DNA of 64,000 bases from Candidatus Zhuqueibacterota bacterium (GTDB lineage: Bacteria > Zhuqueibacterota > Zhuqueibacteria > Thermofontimicrobiales > Thermofontimicrobiaceae): NCBI GenBank assembly GCA_049322915.1, contig JBMOPW010000035.1:32001-96000 (forward strand), written 5' to 3'. Of the stretch, positions 1-10,572 are shown piece by piece; the first letter of the stretch is position 1, and every line of letters starts with the position of its first letter. The translations under genes were made by a program, and so were the position numbers. Below the pieces are notes generated by a model. The model was not told the DNA's origin, made no database searches, and saw only the letters and a list, made by a program, of their open reading frames with translations.

Positions 1-966
1 GCCACGGTCAACGCAATCACTCACACCGGCGCCACGCCCGTGCTGGTGGATGTGGATCGCAATACCGGCCTCATCGATCCGGAGCGCATCAGAGAGGCGA
101 TCACACCTCAGACCAAAGCCATTGTGCCGGTGCATCTGTACGGTCGACCCTGCAATATGGATGACATTATGGCCATCGCCGGGGAGCACAATCTCATTGT
201 GATAGAGGACGCAGCTCATGCCATTGAGACGGTTTACAAAGGCAGAAAAATCGGAACCATCGGTCATATGGCAGCCTTCAGTTTTTACGTCACAAAAAAC
301 ATCACCACCGGCGAGGGCGGAATGGTGACTACCAATGATCCGGAATTTGCCGATAAAATAAAAGTATACGCGCTGCACGGAATGAGCAAAGACGCATGGA
401 AACGTTTCTCCGATGAAGGCTATAAACACTATCAGGTCGTTGCCCCCGGTTTCAAATACAACATGATGGATATTCAGGCGGCCATTGGCATTCATCAAAT
501 GGATCATCTCGGTTCCTGGCTGCTGCGGCGCAACGAAATCTGGCAGCGTTACAACGAAGCATTCGTTGATTTGCCGGTCACGCTTCCTGCCGGGGACGAA
601 CCGGACACCGTCCATGCCCGGCATCTGTACACGCTCCTCATTGATGAAGAGCGCGCCGGCATCAGTCGCGACGAATTCATGAATCAGCTTCACAAGCACA
701 ATATCGGAAGCGGCGTGCATTATCTGGGCGTGCATCTGCATCCGTACTACCGCGACCGATTCGGTTACGAGCCATCGGATTTTCCCAATGCGACCTATCT
801 GAGCGAGCGCACGGTTTCCATTCCGCTCTCTCCGAAATTGCAGGATTCGGATGTGGATTACATCATCGGCGTCGTGCGAAACATACTCGCTGAAGCAGCT
901 CAGGAGCGAAACCAAATGCAGGTTCACAGGAGCAGTGCAATGGCTCATTCCGGCGCGACCATCTGA
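1..966 (+). CDS. DegT/DnrJ/EryC1/StrS family PLP-dependent sugar aminotransferase (5' end outside window)
   Basis: Frame is open from base 1 (ATVNAITHTGATPV...); motifs PVHLYG, IEDAAH, SFYVTKNITTGEGG (PLP Lys), GFKYNM. Confidence 0.92.
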   Translation, partial: ATVNAITHTGATPVLVDVDRNTGLIDPERIREAITPQTKAIVPVHLYGRPCNMDDIMAIAGEHNLIVIEDAAHAIETVYKGRKIGTIGHMAAFSFYVTKNITTGEGGMVTTNDPEFADKIKVYALHGMSKDAWKRFSDEGYKHYQVVAPGFKYNMMDIQAAIGIHQMDHLGSWLLRRNEIWQRYNEAFVDLPVTLPAGDEPDTVHARHLYTLLIDEERAGISRDEFMNQLHKHNIGSGVHYLGVHLHPYYRDRFGYEPSDFPNATYLSERTVSIPLSPKLQDSDVDYIIGVVRNILAEAAQERNQMQVHRSSAMAHSGATI

Positions 967-1122
967 TTCGACGTGATCTGCGCGCGGACAGCGAAAAGCC
1001 ATCGGCTCGCTGCGTTCACCGCAGGAGTGTTCTTCCGGCTGAGTCAGCACGCTGATTCAGCCAGGGAATTCATGTCGATGAAAAGACACACTTCAGGACA
1101 GAACAACAGGGAGCTATCGCCT

Positions 1123-2097
1123 ATGAAATTCGCGTCTAAAATTTCCAAACAATACTGGGAAGAGACAATTGCCCGGTGCCCCAACGCTACATTTTTTCAT
1201 ACCTGTGCATGGGCCAAACTGATGACAGCCATCTATCCCCATCTTTCGATTGCGACGATGGGATTTGAAATGTCCGACGGCGCACGCGCTGTGTTGCCGC
1301 TGCTATCGGTACGCTCCAGGCTCAAAGGCATGGTGCGCACCTTTTACACCATGGTGCCCGGCGTGTACGGCGGCATTGTCACGGACAGGCGCTGTCTGAC
1401 CCGGCTTGAACTGGAAATGGTGTTCTCAAAATTCAAAGGGCTAAAATTCAATCACATTGTGTATGTGAACAATCCGTACGAGAGTTATGATATCCCGGGC
1501 CGCTATCGCGAGAGTGAGATGTTCACTCATATTTTAAATCTGAATCAGGATTATGAGTGCATCAAAAGAAATTTTTCACGCGGCAACAGAAGCACAATCA
1601 ATAAAGCGATCCGATCCGGCGTCACCATCGAGTTAGCCCAGACCTACTCCGATTATCAGGAGTATTATGAGATGTACCAGGATTCGCTGGATCGATGGGG
1701 AGACAGGGCGTCGAGCTTCTATCCCTTTGAACTGTTTCATCACATTTTCGAACTCAATTCGCCCCACATCAAATTGTGGCTGGCAAAAGTCGATGGAATC
1801 ATCATCGCCGGCTCGTTGGTCTTCTCGTACAACAATCACGTGGTCGCCTGGCATGGCGCTGCACGGCGGTCTCATTTTGAGTATCGTCCCAATAATTTGC
1901 TGTACGCTCAAATCATCCGCGACGCCTATAATCAGGGCTATCGTTACTTTGACTTCAATCCCAGCGGCGGGCACGAAGGCGTCGTTCATTTCAAAGAGTC
2001 CTTCGGCGCAGTGAGAAAATATTTCAACGTGCAGTACTGGTCATCGAATCCACTGTATACTTTTTACTTACAACGCAAGAAAGCAGATCAGCATTGA
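1123..2097 (+). CDS. GNAT/FemAB-like N-acyltransferase of polysaccharide cluster
   Basis: ATFFHT..W N-terminus, INKAIRSGV, YRYFDF...GV.HFKESFGA C-terminus typical of FemAB-like GNATs; start at ATG 1123 after GGGAG (track start 973 probably too long). Confidence 0.8.
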   Translation: MKFASKISKQYWEETIARCPNATFFHTCAWAKLMTAIYPHLSIATMGFEMSDGARAVLPLLSVRSRLKGMVRTFYTMVPGVYGGIVTDRRCLTRLELEMVFSKFKGLKFNHIVYVNNPYESYDIPGRYRESEMFTHILNLNQDYECIKRNFSRGNRSTINKAIRSGVTIELAQTYSDYQEYYEMYQDSLDRWGDRASSFYPFELFHHIFELNSPHIKLWLAKVDGIIIAGSLVFSYNNHVVAWHGAARRSHFEYRPNNLLYAQIIRDAYNQGYRYFDFNPSGGHEGVVHFKESFGAVRKYFNVQYWSSNPLYTFYLQRKKADQH

Positions 2098-3545
2098 ACT
2101 TGAAATTGCAAACCGCCTCCGGCATGAAATGGACGACTCTGAGTTCTGCCGTGAACACCGGCCTGCGCATGATGCAACTGGTGGTTTTAGCCCGATTCCT
2201 CTCTCCTGAAGAATTCGGCCTGATGTCCATGGTCTGGATCATCATCGGCTTCATCCAGATTTACATCGACTTCGGCATTTCCAGCGCCATCATTCACCGG
2301 CAGGACGCCACGCCAAACCAGCTCTCCACGCTGTACTGGCTCAACGTGATCGTCGGACTGGCTACGTTCATCCTTGTCTGGATCAGTTCGCCTCTGGTGG
2401 CTGTATTGTTTCATGAGCCGCGACTGGTCACGTTGCTTCATGCCGTCGCCGTGGTTTTTCTCATTACTCCCTGGGGACAGCAATTTCAGATACTCCTGCA
2501 GAAAGACCTGAAATTCAATCTACTGGCCAAACAGGAAATCATTGCCACGATCAGCGGCGTTTCGGCGACCATCCTGCTCGCTGCAATGGGCCACGGCGTG
2601 TGGGCGTTGGTGCTGGGGCTCATCATGACGGAGTTGGTGAAAACACTGCTGCTTCTGCTCGTTTCGTGGGACCAATACAAACCCGGATTGCGTTTCGAAC
2701 GAAGTCATTTGAAAGGCTATCTCAGTTTTGGCCTGTACCAGATGGGCGAGCGCAGCGTGAATTATCTGGGACAACGGTTCGACCAGTTGCTCATCGGCGC
2801 CATTTTAGGCGCCCACTCGTTGGGGTATTATAATTTTGCATACAACCTGGTCATCCAGCCGATCAGCCGCATCAATCCCATTGTCACGCGCGTCGTTTTT
2901 CCGGTCTTCTCCAGAGTCCAGTCCGATGAGAACCGTCTGAAAAAGGGATACCTGAAGGTCATCTCCCTGCTGACGTCAATCAATGCGCCGCTGCTGATTG
3001 GACTAGCGGTTTCGGCCCCGGTGGCAATTCCCATTATCTTCGGTGAGACATGGACCGAGGCTGTTCGGCTTGTCCAAATTCTCAGCATCGTGGGATTGCT
3101 GCGAAGCGTGGGCAATCCGATTGGCAGCCTGCAATTAGCCCGCGGTCGCGCCGACCTCGGTTTCAAATGGAATCTTGCGCTGCTCTTCGTTTACATCCCC
3201 GGCATTTTCCTGGGTGGAAAACTTGGCGGAGTTGTTGGCATCGCCCTGACGATGATGATATTACAGATTGTCCTGCTGATCCCCTCCTACTTCTTCCTGG
3301 TGAGAAATCTCATTGGGCACTGCGCACGCGAATATTTTTCCGAGATGTTCAAACCGATTATGATTTCCGTAGAGATGGCGATAATTGTTCTAGCCCTGTC
3401 GCTGAGCTTTCGTCACGTCTCGCCGATGGTGAACCTGACCATCCAGCTTGTCGCCGGAGCGATCTCGTACATCGGCCTGACGCGAATCCACAGCCGGGAG
3501 ACCATCACAGAATTCAAATTCATCCTTGCAGCGAAACATTCCTGA
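2094..3545 (+). CDS. wzx: Wzx polysaccharide flippase (MOP family, WzxC-like)
   Basis: LARFLSPEEFGL, DFGISSAIIH, LGYYNFAY, VVFPVFSRVQ; many TM segments. Confidence 0.9.
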   Translation: MNLKLQTASGMKWTTLSSAVNTGLRMMQLVVLARFLSPEEFGLMSMVWIIIGFIQIYIDFGISSAIIHRQDATPNQLSTLYWLNVIVGLATFILVWISSPLVAVLFHEPRLVTLLHAVAVVFLITPWGQQFQILLQKDLKFNLLAKQEIIATISGVSATILLAAMGHGVWALVLGLIMTELVKTLLLLLVSWDQYKPGLRFERSHLKGYLSFGLYQMGERSVNYLGQRFDQLLIGAILGAHSLGYYNFAYNLVIQPISRINPIVTRVVFPVFSRVQSDENRLKKGYLKVISLLTSINAPLLIGLAVSAPVAIPIIFGETWTEAVRLVQILSIVGLLRSVGNPIGSLQLARGRADLGFKWNLALLFVYIPGIFLGGKLGGVVGIALTMMILQIVLLIPSYFFLVRNLIGHCAREYFSEMFKPIMISVEMAIIVLALSLSFRHVSPMVNLTIQLVAGAISYIGLTRIHSRETITEFKFILAAKHS

Positions 3546-3668
3546 CGATGAGGAATTCAGCGCGCTGACCGGCGGCGGCCGCGAAATGCGCGACGGGGCG
3601 CGTGGAATTCCGGCGCAAATGCCGCAGACAGGGACGTTCCGCGTAACAGCCCATGAACCGTCAGGACA

Positions 3669-4817
3669 ATGCCTATGAAGATTCTTCATTCCATCGAAAC
3701 ATGGTTCAATCCGACTGAAAACTGGATTTATGACCAGATCCGCGCCACAGGACTTTCCCAGGATATTCTCTGTTCCACGCTGAGAACTCCCCTGCCGGCG
3801 TTGCCTTCCGGGACTGTGTTCCTCAGAAAAAATGACGGCCCGCTGGAGCAATTGAAAATCAAACTGACCAATCGGTTCAACATCAATTTCAGCAGGAATG
3901 ACCGCTTCTCCGGCTATCACGACTACGACATTCTATTCTCGCATTTCGGCTATCAGGCATGGCAGGATCTGCTCTGTACACCGAACGCCCGCATGAAACG
4001 GATCGTTCGGTTTTATGGCATCGATCTGGATTTCACCTATCGTATAAAATACTGGCCGGAGCGCTATCGCGTCATTTTTCGGGACTATCACAAGGTCGTC
4101 GCTGAGGGCGTTGCCATGAAATTGAAGCTGCAACAGTTCGGGTGCGCGCCGGAGAAAATCGTCATCCTGCACCACGGCATCATCCCGTTCGCTGAATTAG
4201 CGGTGCGGGATTTTTCCCGAACGAACCGCGCATTCAAATGCCTCATCTGCGGCCGTTTCGCGGAGAAGAAAGGCTTTCCGGATGCGGTGCACGCATTGGG
4301 TGAATTGAAGAAAAGGTACCGCGTCCCGGTGGAACTCACCATTATCGGCGATGCAGCGCGCGACAATGATTTTCGCGAGAAGGAGCAGATGCAGGAACTG
4401 GATCGGCGTTACGATCTCCGCGCCAGATTTTTGGGCATGGTGTCGCTGGAGGAAATGAACGCGCAGATGGCGCAGAACGATTTCTTCCTGTCGCCGTCAG
4501 TCACCCCGGACAACGGCGACATCGAAGGCGGCTTCCCGACCACGCTCATTCACGCGGCTAATCACGGCATGATTCTCGTGGGGACGCACCACTGCGACAT
4601 TCCTGAGATCATCATTCACGGCAAAAACGGCTATCTCGCGCCGGAGCGGGACGTGGAGCAATTGGTGGCGCATCTCAGGGCGCTGAGCCGTGCGTCGGCA
4701 GAGGAATTGCGCGCCATGTCCGCTTACAGCCACCACCTGGTGAAAGAGCAGTTCAATCTGGCCGTCGAAGGCGAGGCACTGAAATCACTGTACCAGCAAA
4801 CCATCATGGATTCCTGA
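3669..4817 (+). CDS. Glycosyltransferase family 4 (WcaL-like)
   Basis: GRFAEKKG, FLSPSVT..GDIEGGFP..L..A, H.DIPEII..GKNGYL. Confidence 0.85.
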   Translation: MPMKILHSIETWFNPTENWIYDQIRATGLSQDILCSTLRTPLPALPSGTVFLRKNDGPLEQLKIKLTNRFNINFSRNDRFSGYHDYDILFSHFGYQAWQDLLCTPNARMKRIVRFYGIDLDFTYRIKYWPERYRVIFRDYHKVVAEGVAMKLKLQQFGCAPEKIVILHHGIIPFAELAVRDFSRTNRAFKCLICGRFAEKKGFPDAVHALGELKKRYRVPVELTIIGDAARDNDFREKEQMQELDRRYDLRARFLGMVSLEEMNAQMAQNDFFLSPSVTPDNGDIEGGFPTTLIHAANHGMILVGTHHCDIPEIIIHGKNGYLAPERDVEQLVAHLRALSRASAEELRAMSAYSHHLVKEQFNLAVEGEALKSLYQQTIMDS

Positions 4818-4818
4818 A

Positions 4819-5901
4819 ATGAACGCCCGACCCGCGAATACAGGGAACCGGATCGATGCGGCGAGTCAGCCGGGATTGGTCTCCGTGATCATTCCGACAT
4901 TCAACAGCGCCGCGCTCATCAGCCAGACGCTGCAATCCGTTTTGTGGCAACTCCATCGGCCAATGGAACTGATCATTGTGGACGATGGCTCGACCGACGC
5001 CACAGCGGAAGTTGTGTCCGAATTCGAAGCGCAGCACGCCGGAGATGAGGGCTTTGAAGTGCATTATTTCTACCAGCCCAATGCCGGCGGCGCTCGCGCG
5101 CGCAATGCCGGCCTGATCCTGTCCCGCGGCGAATACATCCAGTTTTTGGATGCCGATGATATTCTGTCCCGCACCAAAATCGCCCGGCAATACGAACGGT
5201 TGAAGGGGCTGTCCGGCGATGTTGCGGCGTACGGCGCCTGGGCCTATTTTGAAAAAAGTCAACGCGGCTATCGGATTTTCAAAACGTACGGCGAGCGACA
5301 TGCAGCGAATCAATTGATCGACTGGATCGGCGGCTGGTTCGTGCCCACTCATTCCATTCTCTGGAAACGGGCGACCATCGCAGCGTTGGGACCGTGGGAC
5401 GAGCAACTCCGCGCCGATCAGGACGGTGAATATGCGCTGCGGTTTTTACGCGCCGGCGGGAAATTCCTGTTTGTCGATCGCAGTCAGGCATATTACCGCC
5501 AGGCTCAAAATTTAAAAAAGATCGCCTCGACGGTGAGTCGTCGCGCCACAGAGGAATCGATACAATCCCGGATCGGGCTGGCGCAACGGCTGGAAGCGCA
5601 TTTCATCGAGCGAAACGCACTCGATGCTCTCGCGCGGAATGCCCTGGCGCGACGGTATTTCGAGATCGCCCGACACTGGACTCAGTCGCACCCGGACATC
5701 CGACGCCAATGCCTCGCTGAGTTCGAGCGTCTCTCGGACAGCCATTCCATCACCGCATCGTTCCTGTCGCGAACCATGTACCGAGTGTTCGGATTTACGT
5801 TCACCCAAAAACTCAAACACCTCATCCGCGGACGCATTGGCGTGCCGCGACAGTTCCGCGCCAGAGCAGTCCCTTCCCTCGAACACATGTGCGCGCTGTA
5901 A
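4819..5901 (+). CDS. Glycosyltransferase family 2
   Basis: VSVIIPTFN, IIVDDGSTD, ARNAGL...GEYIQFLDADD. Confidence 0.9.
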   Translation: MNARPANTGNRIDAASQPGLVSVIIPTFNSAALISQTLQSVLWQLHRPMELIIVDDGSTDATAEVVSEFEAQHAGDEGFEVHYFYQPNAGGARARNAGLILSRGEYIQFLDADDILSRTKIARQYERLKGLSGDVAAYGAWAYFEKSQRGYRIFKTYGERHAANQLIDWIGGWFVPTHSILWKRATIAALGPWDEQLRADQDGEYALRFLRAGGKFLFVDRSQAYYRQAQNLKKIASTVSRRATEESIQSRIGLAQRLEAHFIERNALDALARNALARRYFEIARHWTQSHPDIRRQCLAEFERLSDSHSITASFLSRTMYRVFGFTFTQKLKHLIRGRIGVPRQFRARAVPSLEHMCAL

Positions 5902-6092
5902 TTCCGCCTCGTCCTGCTTCTCGTTCAGAATCACGTGTATCAGCCCATCCTGCTGGTCGCGGTTTCCCTCGTTTCTATCGTGAAAATCAAAATGATACTG
6001 CCTATGAGAAAAAGCCTGTTTTGTCTCATTTTGAAAACAGGACTCGACTTTTTAATGGCTTAAAAATCAGATAGTTGTCCCAGCGCCGGACA

Positions 6093-6108
6093 TGGCATAA
6101 TAATTGAG
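6093..6108 (+). promoter_or_regulatory. Candidate sigma-54 (-24/-12) promoter, TGGCATAATAATTGAG
   Basis: TGGCA-N6-TTG with correct spacing, -12 reads GA instead of GC; lies in the intergenic gap before the Wzy-like gene; perfect 8-bp inverted repeat CCTGTTTT/AAAACAGG at 6015-6041 upstream. Confidence 0.45.
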
Positions 6109-6112
6109 TTGA

Positions 6113-7453
6113 ATGCAGCAAATCAATTCACTGAAGGACATCACAGAATTTTTAAAGCATGCAATGCACACGATGACCACGCTCAATGAAAAAATAACGA
6201 CCCATACCCGCATCCTCTTTTTCTTCCTGTTCATGATATTCTTTTTCATGGATGGCCATAATTTATCCCGACCATCCGAAGAAAAAGGCAGCGTCGAGCA
6301 GGAGATGACCAAGGTCGAAGATGGTCGGCTGGATCGGCGCGTCAGTCTGTTTCTGCTGTTTGGATTCGCCGTTTACAGTTTGGCCCGGCGCGGCCTGGGC
6401 CGTGTTCGGATCAACAACTTCCTGGGCTGGCTCAGCATCATGTTTTTTTTATGGGCGTTTTACAGCCTTGCCTGGTCTGAAGCGTTCGGCCTCACAGCGC
6501 GCCGGCTGATGGTTCTGGTCATGCTCTTCGTCATTGGACTGGCCCTGGCCGAGCGGTTTTCCGTGAAAACGCTGGCGACCTGGATTTTCGCCGCCACGGC
6601 TGGCTACGCCGCGCTGGGTCTGGTCGCTGAAATCGGCGCTGGCACTTTGGCCCCGCTGAATGCGGAATACCGCCTGGCCGGCACGCTGCATCCCAATCAC
6701 CAGGGCATCAACAGCGCGTTGCTCATTCTCAGCGGAATTTTTCTGAGCGATGTTTCACCGCGCCTGCGAAAATGGGCGATCCCGGCCATCATCATGGGCA
6801 TCGCCCTGCTCATTCTCACAAAGTCACGGACTTCGCTCATCAGCTCCCTTGCCGGAATGACTTTGTATTTGAGCGTGCGACTGTCCCGGGTGCAAAAAGT
6901 CGCCGCGATTTTCAGCTCAGTCATTCTCCTGTTGGTGGTGCTCATCTATTTCGGCGACACGCTTTTTCCCACGGTACAGGAAGCCGCGCTGATGGGTCGC
7001 GAAGACAGCACGGAAACGGTGCAATCGCTCACCGGCCGGGTGCCGCTCTGGCAACTGTGCCTGAGCTACGTGAACAAACGCCCCATCCAAGGGTACGGAT
7101 TCGGAGCATTCTGGAATAACAAAAATATGGCGAAAATATCTGCGTCCGAAAACTGGGTCATCGGTGAAAGCCACAATGCCTATATCGAATTAGCGCTGGG
7201 CCTGGGATTGGTCGGCTTGCTGCTGTACCTGGGATTACTCGTCGGCGGGTTTGTTTTCTCGCTCCTCCTCTATTTCAAAAAAAACAATGCTGAATATCTC
7301 TTCCTGGCTGCGCTGCTTCTGTTCAGCATCATCGACGGCTCTCTGGAATCGGCCATTGTTTTTCCCGGGCTCATCATGCAACTCTGTTTCATCGCTTTTC
7401 TTAAACTGGGCCTCATTCAGGAACGACGCAATAAGGAGTTATTCTATATATGA
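6113..7453 (+). CDS. O-antigen ligase/Wzy polymerase family membrane protein (true start may be 6164 or 6173)
   Basis: Polytopic; G.LHPNH.G, LTKSRTS, SLTGRVPLW, PIQGYG, SHNAYIE motifs. Confidence 0.85.
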   Translation: MQQINSLKDITEFLKHAMHTMTTLNEKITTHTRILFFFLFMIFFFMDGHNLSRPSEEKGSVEQEMTKVEDGRLDRRVSLFLLFGFAVYSLARRGLGRVRINNFLGWLSIMFFLWAFYSLAWSEAFGLTARRLMVLVMLFVIGLALAERFSVKTLATWIFAATAGYAALGLVAEIGAGTLAPLNAEYRLAGTLHPNHQGINSALLILSGIFLSDVSPRLRKWAIPAIIMGIALLILTKSRTSLISSLAGMTLYLSVRLSRVQKVAAIFSSVILLLVVLIYFGDTLFPTVQEAALMGREDSTETVQSLTGRVPLWQLCLSYVNKRPIQGYGFGAFWNNKNMAKISASENWVIGESHNAYIELALGLGLVGLLLYLGLLVGGFVFSLLLYFKKNNAEYLFLAALLLFSIIDGSLESAIVFPGLIMQLCFIAFLKLGLIQERRNKELFYI

Positions 7454-8454
7454 ACCATGCAAAAATCAATATCATCGTGTGCACGTACAATCGCGCGAAC
7501 ATGCTCCGCAACGCATTGACCAGCCTCAGCAATCAGGTCACCGACCGGTTGTTTCAGTACGATATTCTGGTCGTGGATGACAATTCGACGGACGACACGC
7601 CAGCCGTGGTGCGCCGGTTCATTCCCACCTCGAAGGCGCCGGTGACGTACATTCACGGCAGCGGCGAGGGAATTGCCCGCGCGCGCAATCGCGGCATCGA
7701 TGCGTCGGACGGCGACTATGTGGTCTTTTTCGACGATGATCAGATCGCTGAGCCGGACTGGTTGAAAGAAATGTTCATCACCATGCAGGAGACAGGGGCG
7801 TGCTGCGTTGGCGGGATTCGGCTTCTGAATTTATCGCGCGGGGAAGTGTCCCGGCTATCGCCCATCACGCGACGCATTCTGGGTGAAATCCATCACGGCG
7901 ATGCGGCGCGCAAGAGTCGACGCAAGGAATTTCCCGCCGCCGGCAATATGTTGATCAGGCGTTCTGTATTTAATATTGTTGGCAACTTTGACGATTCATT
8001 AGTGAAAGGCGGTGAAGACATTGAATTCGCGCGACAGGTTCGCCTGGCCGGACTCGACGCCTGGTACACGCCCAAATCGATTGTCTACCATGAAACGCCG
8101 CTCTACCGCACGAAGAGCGATTATCTGTACTGGACCTCGCTGCGCAACGGCGATAATTTCGCGTATCGCGATTACCTGGAATGGGGACTGCCCCGCACGG
8201 TGCTGGCCAACGCGCTGCGCTGGGGTCAGGTGGCGTTCATCAATTTGCCGCTTTTCCTGTGGGCGTGGTTTCAGAATAATGAAAAAGAACAGATCGGCCG
8301 AAAATGCCTGCTGCTACGCGCCAGGGCCTATTCGTACCAGACGTTGCATCTGCTTTCTCCGAAATTATTTCGATTCAAAAAATTCTTCGAACAGTTGGAG
8401 TTCCGCAAGGAACGCGAGACATTTGCCACTAACGCTATTCCGGAAAATGCCTGA
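7450..8454 (+). CDS. Glycosyltransferase family 2
   Basis: IIVCTYNR, VVDDNSTD, ARNRG, FFDDD, GGED motifs. Confidence 0.9.
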   Translation: MNHAKINIIVCTYNRANMLRNALTSLSNQVTDRLFQYDILVVDDNSTDDTPAVVRRFIPTSKAPVTYIHGSGEGIARARNRGIDASDGDYVVFFDDDQIAEPDWLKEMFITMQETGACCVGGIRLLNLSRGEVSRLSPITRRILGEIHHGDAARKSRRKEFPAAGNMLIRRSVFNIVGNFDDSLVKGGEDIEFARQVRLAGLDAWYTPKSIVYHETPLYRTKSDYLYWTSLRNGDNFAYRDYLEWGLPRTVLANALRWGQVAFINLPLFLWAWFQNNEKEQIGRKCLLLRARAYSYQTLHLLSPKLFRFKKFFEQLEFRKERETFATNAIPENA

Positions 8455-9640
8455 TATTTTGAAAATTGCGCACATACATAACTGGCACCGCTTCGGCGGC
8501 GGCTCGGAAATCGTCGTGGAAACCACGGTCAGGCTTCTGCAGGCCAGAGGTCACCAGGTCATCCAGCGGACGTTCGATAGCCGCCAGTTCATGCATACCC
8601 TGCGCGGCAAGGTCAGCGCTTTCTTCAGCGGCATTTATTCCCCGGCCGGAAGAAAGAGCATCCGTCGCATGATCGCCGAATCCGCGCCGGACATCGTTCA
8701 CATCCATGAAGTGTACCCATTTTTCTCGCCCTGGATTTTGAAAGACCTAAACCGCGCCGGCATTCCGGTGGTGATGACATGCCATGATTATCGCCTGACC
8801 TGCCCGATTTCCACCCATTTTCGAAACGGCGAAACCTGCACCCTGTGCCGCGACAAAAACGAATGGCAGTGCCTGCTCAACAATTGCCGAAACAATGTCT
8901 TCGAGAGCGCGGCCTTTGCCCTGCGCAGCGTCACGGCGCGCGCATTGCGCCTGTTCACCGACAACGTCACCTGCTACACCACGCCATCGCAATTTGTGAA
9001 GGACTGGCTCGTTCAGTCCGGTTTTCCGGCAGAGCGAATTTTTGTCCTGCCCAATGTGAACCCGGTACAGCATCCGGAGCCGAAGACGGACATGGGCTGC
9101 TACATCGGTTATGTGGGCCGAATCAGCGGCGAAAAAGGGATCGGCACGCTCCTCGACGCCGCGCGAACAACGGGCAGAACGGTGCGATTGGCCGGCGATT
9201 ATTCCGCCATGCCCGAACTTGTGCGCACCGCGCCGGCGAATGTGGAATTTATCGGAAAACTGAATCGGGACCAGTTGGCTGAATTTTACCGCCACGCGCA
9301 ATTCGTGGTGGTGCCCAGCACCTGTCTGGAAACTTTTGGCCTGGTCGCGTTAGAGGCCATGAGCTACGGGCTGCCGGTCGTGGCGTCCCGAACCGGGGGA
9401 TTGCAGGAAATTATCGATGATGGTCGCAGTGGATTTTTATTCGAAAAAGGCAATGCAGCGGAATTGGCCGACATCATGAAGCGTCTCTGGGGGAATTCGG
9501 AACTGATCAAACAGATGGGACAGGTCGGCCGGGAACGCGCCATTCGCGAGTACAACGAAGACACGTATTATTCACGATTGAACCGGATCTACACCGAAGC
9601 AATGACTCTCTCAGAAAATAACGGACATCCCCATGCATGA
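8447..9640 (+). CDS. Glycosyltransferase family 4 with Cys-rich insert
   Basis: Start re-set to ATG 8447 (MPDILKIAHIHN..GGSE); HDYRLTCP...CTLC..C...C insert; YVGRISGEKG, ETFGLVALEAM. Confidence 0.88.
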   Translation: MPDILKIAHIHNWHRFGGGSEIVVETTVRLLQARGHQVIQRTFDSRQFMHTLRGKVSAFFSGIYSPAGRKSIRRMIAESAPDIVHIHEVYPFFSPWILKDLNRAGIPVVMTCHDYRLTCPISTHFRNGETCTLCRDKNEWQCLLNNCRNNVFESAAFALRSVTARALRLFTDNVTCYTTPSQFVKDWLVQSGFPAERIFVLPNVNPVQHPEPKTDMGCYIGYVGRISGEKGIGTLLDAARTTGRTVRLAGDYSAMPELVRTAPANVEFIGKLNRDQLAEFYRHAQFVVVPSTCLETFGLVALEAMSYGLPVVASRTGGLQEIIDDGRSGFLFEKGNAAELADIMKRLWGNSELIKQMGQVGRERAIREYNEDTYYSRLNRIYTEAMTLSENNGHPHA

Positions 9641-10415
9641 CAACGATTTCTCTTTGAACCAGACAGCGAACGAGCCGCATGAATTCCATTTCGGAAAAAT
9701 CAAATGCAGCACCCACACCATTCCGCAGCAGATACAGGCTGTGCGGCAGCTACTGCATGACAGAGCATCCCGGCCGAGAACCATACTGACGGTGAATGCG
9801 CACATTTACAATCAGCTTTACACGGATACGACATTGCAAAAAATCTTCAATGCCGCCCGAATCGTCACGGCGGACGGCATGTCCATCGTGTGGGCCGCGC
9901 GGCTATTTCATACCGGATTATTCGAACGCGCCAATGCCACCGAAGCCTTCCGCGCGTTCCTGCTGGAACAGGAGATGCCGGAAAATACCGGCGTCCTCAT
10001 CGGCTGTACCGAAGAAGAAGCAGCGGCGGCAGCCGGGACAATCGAAGCCATGTCCTCGCATTGCAGAATCACCCGGACAGTGTCCGGCTACCTGAGCGAT
10101 GAACAATACCGGGACCTATTCGCGACGATGGGCCAGGTGGATTTCATTTATCTGGGAATGGGCACGCCAAAGACCGAGCGAATCGCGGCATTGGCCAGCG
10201 CCCTGGTTCCCGACGCCATCATCTGGGGCATCGGCGGCGGCACCATCCGGATTTTCGCCGGGACCATGACAGAGGCCCCGGTGTTCTGGCGGCGCGCCGG
10301 CCTGCAATGGCTTCACCGACTTATCTCAGACCCGACTGCGCTGTGGAAGCGCTACATCATCGGGAATCCGCTTTTCCTTTACCGCGTATTCAAGGCACGA
10401 CTGCTATCGGCATGA
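9633..10415 (+). CDS. WecB/TagA/CpsF family glycosyltransferase (GT26)
   Basis: TVNAH, ADGMSIVWAAR, GMGTPKTE, AP....GLQWLHRL..DP..LWKRY. Confidence 0.88.
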   Translation: MHDNDFSLNQTANEPHEFHFGKIKCSTHTIPQQIQAVRQLLHDRASRPRTILTVNAHIYNQLYTDTTLQKIFNAARIVTADGMSIVWAARLFHTGLFERANATEAFRAFLLEQEMPENTGVLIGCTEEEAAAAAGTIEAMSSHCRITRTVSGYLSDEQYRDLFATMGQVDFIYLGMGTPKTERIAALASALVPDAIIWGIGGGTIRIFAGTMTEAPVFWRRAGLQWLHRLISDPTALWKRYIIGNPLFLYRVFKARLLSA

Positions 10416-10534
10416 TACGGTTTGCCGCACAGAGTTGGGTTGCACTTTTTTAAAATTCCAAAAACCAGAATTCAAATTGCATAAAAAAAACGTAACGACT
10501 CAGGTGTTCACGATTTTGAAATGTAATGGAAGCC

Positions 10535-10572
10535 GCTGAAAGCTGATAGCTGATAGCTGAACGCTGAACGCT
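10535..10572. repeat. Heptamer tandem repeat GCTGA(T/A)(A/C) x5
   Basis: GCTGAAA GCTGATA GCTGATA GCTGAAC GCTGAAC GCT read directly. Confidence 0.85.

Noticed and set aside
8012..8446. N-terminal extension of the GT4 ORF
   Set aside because: Overlaps the preceding GT2 gene; the GT4 fold starts at ATG 8447
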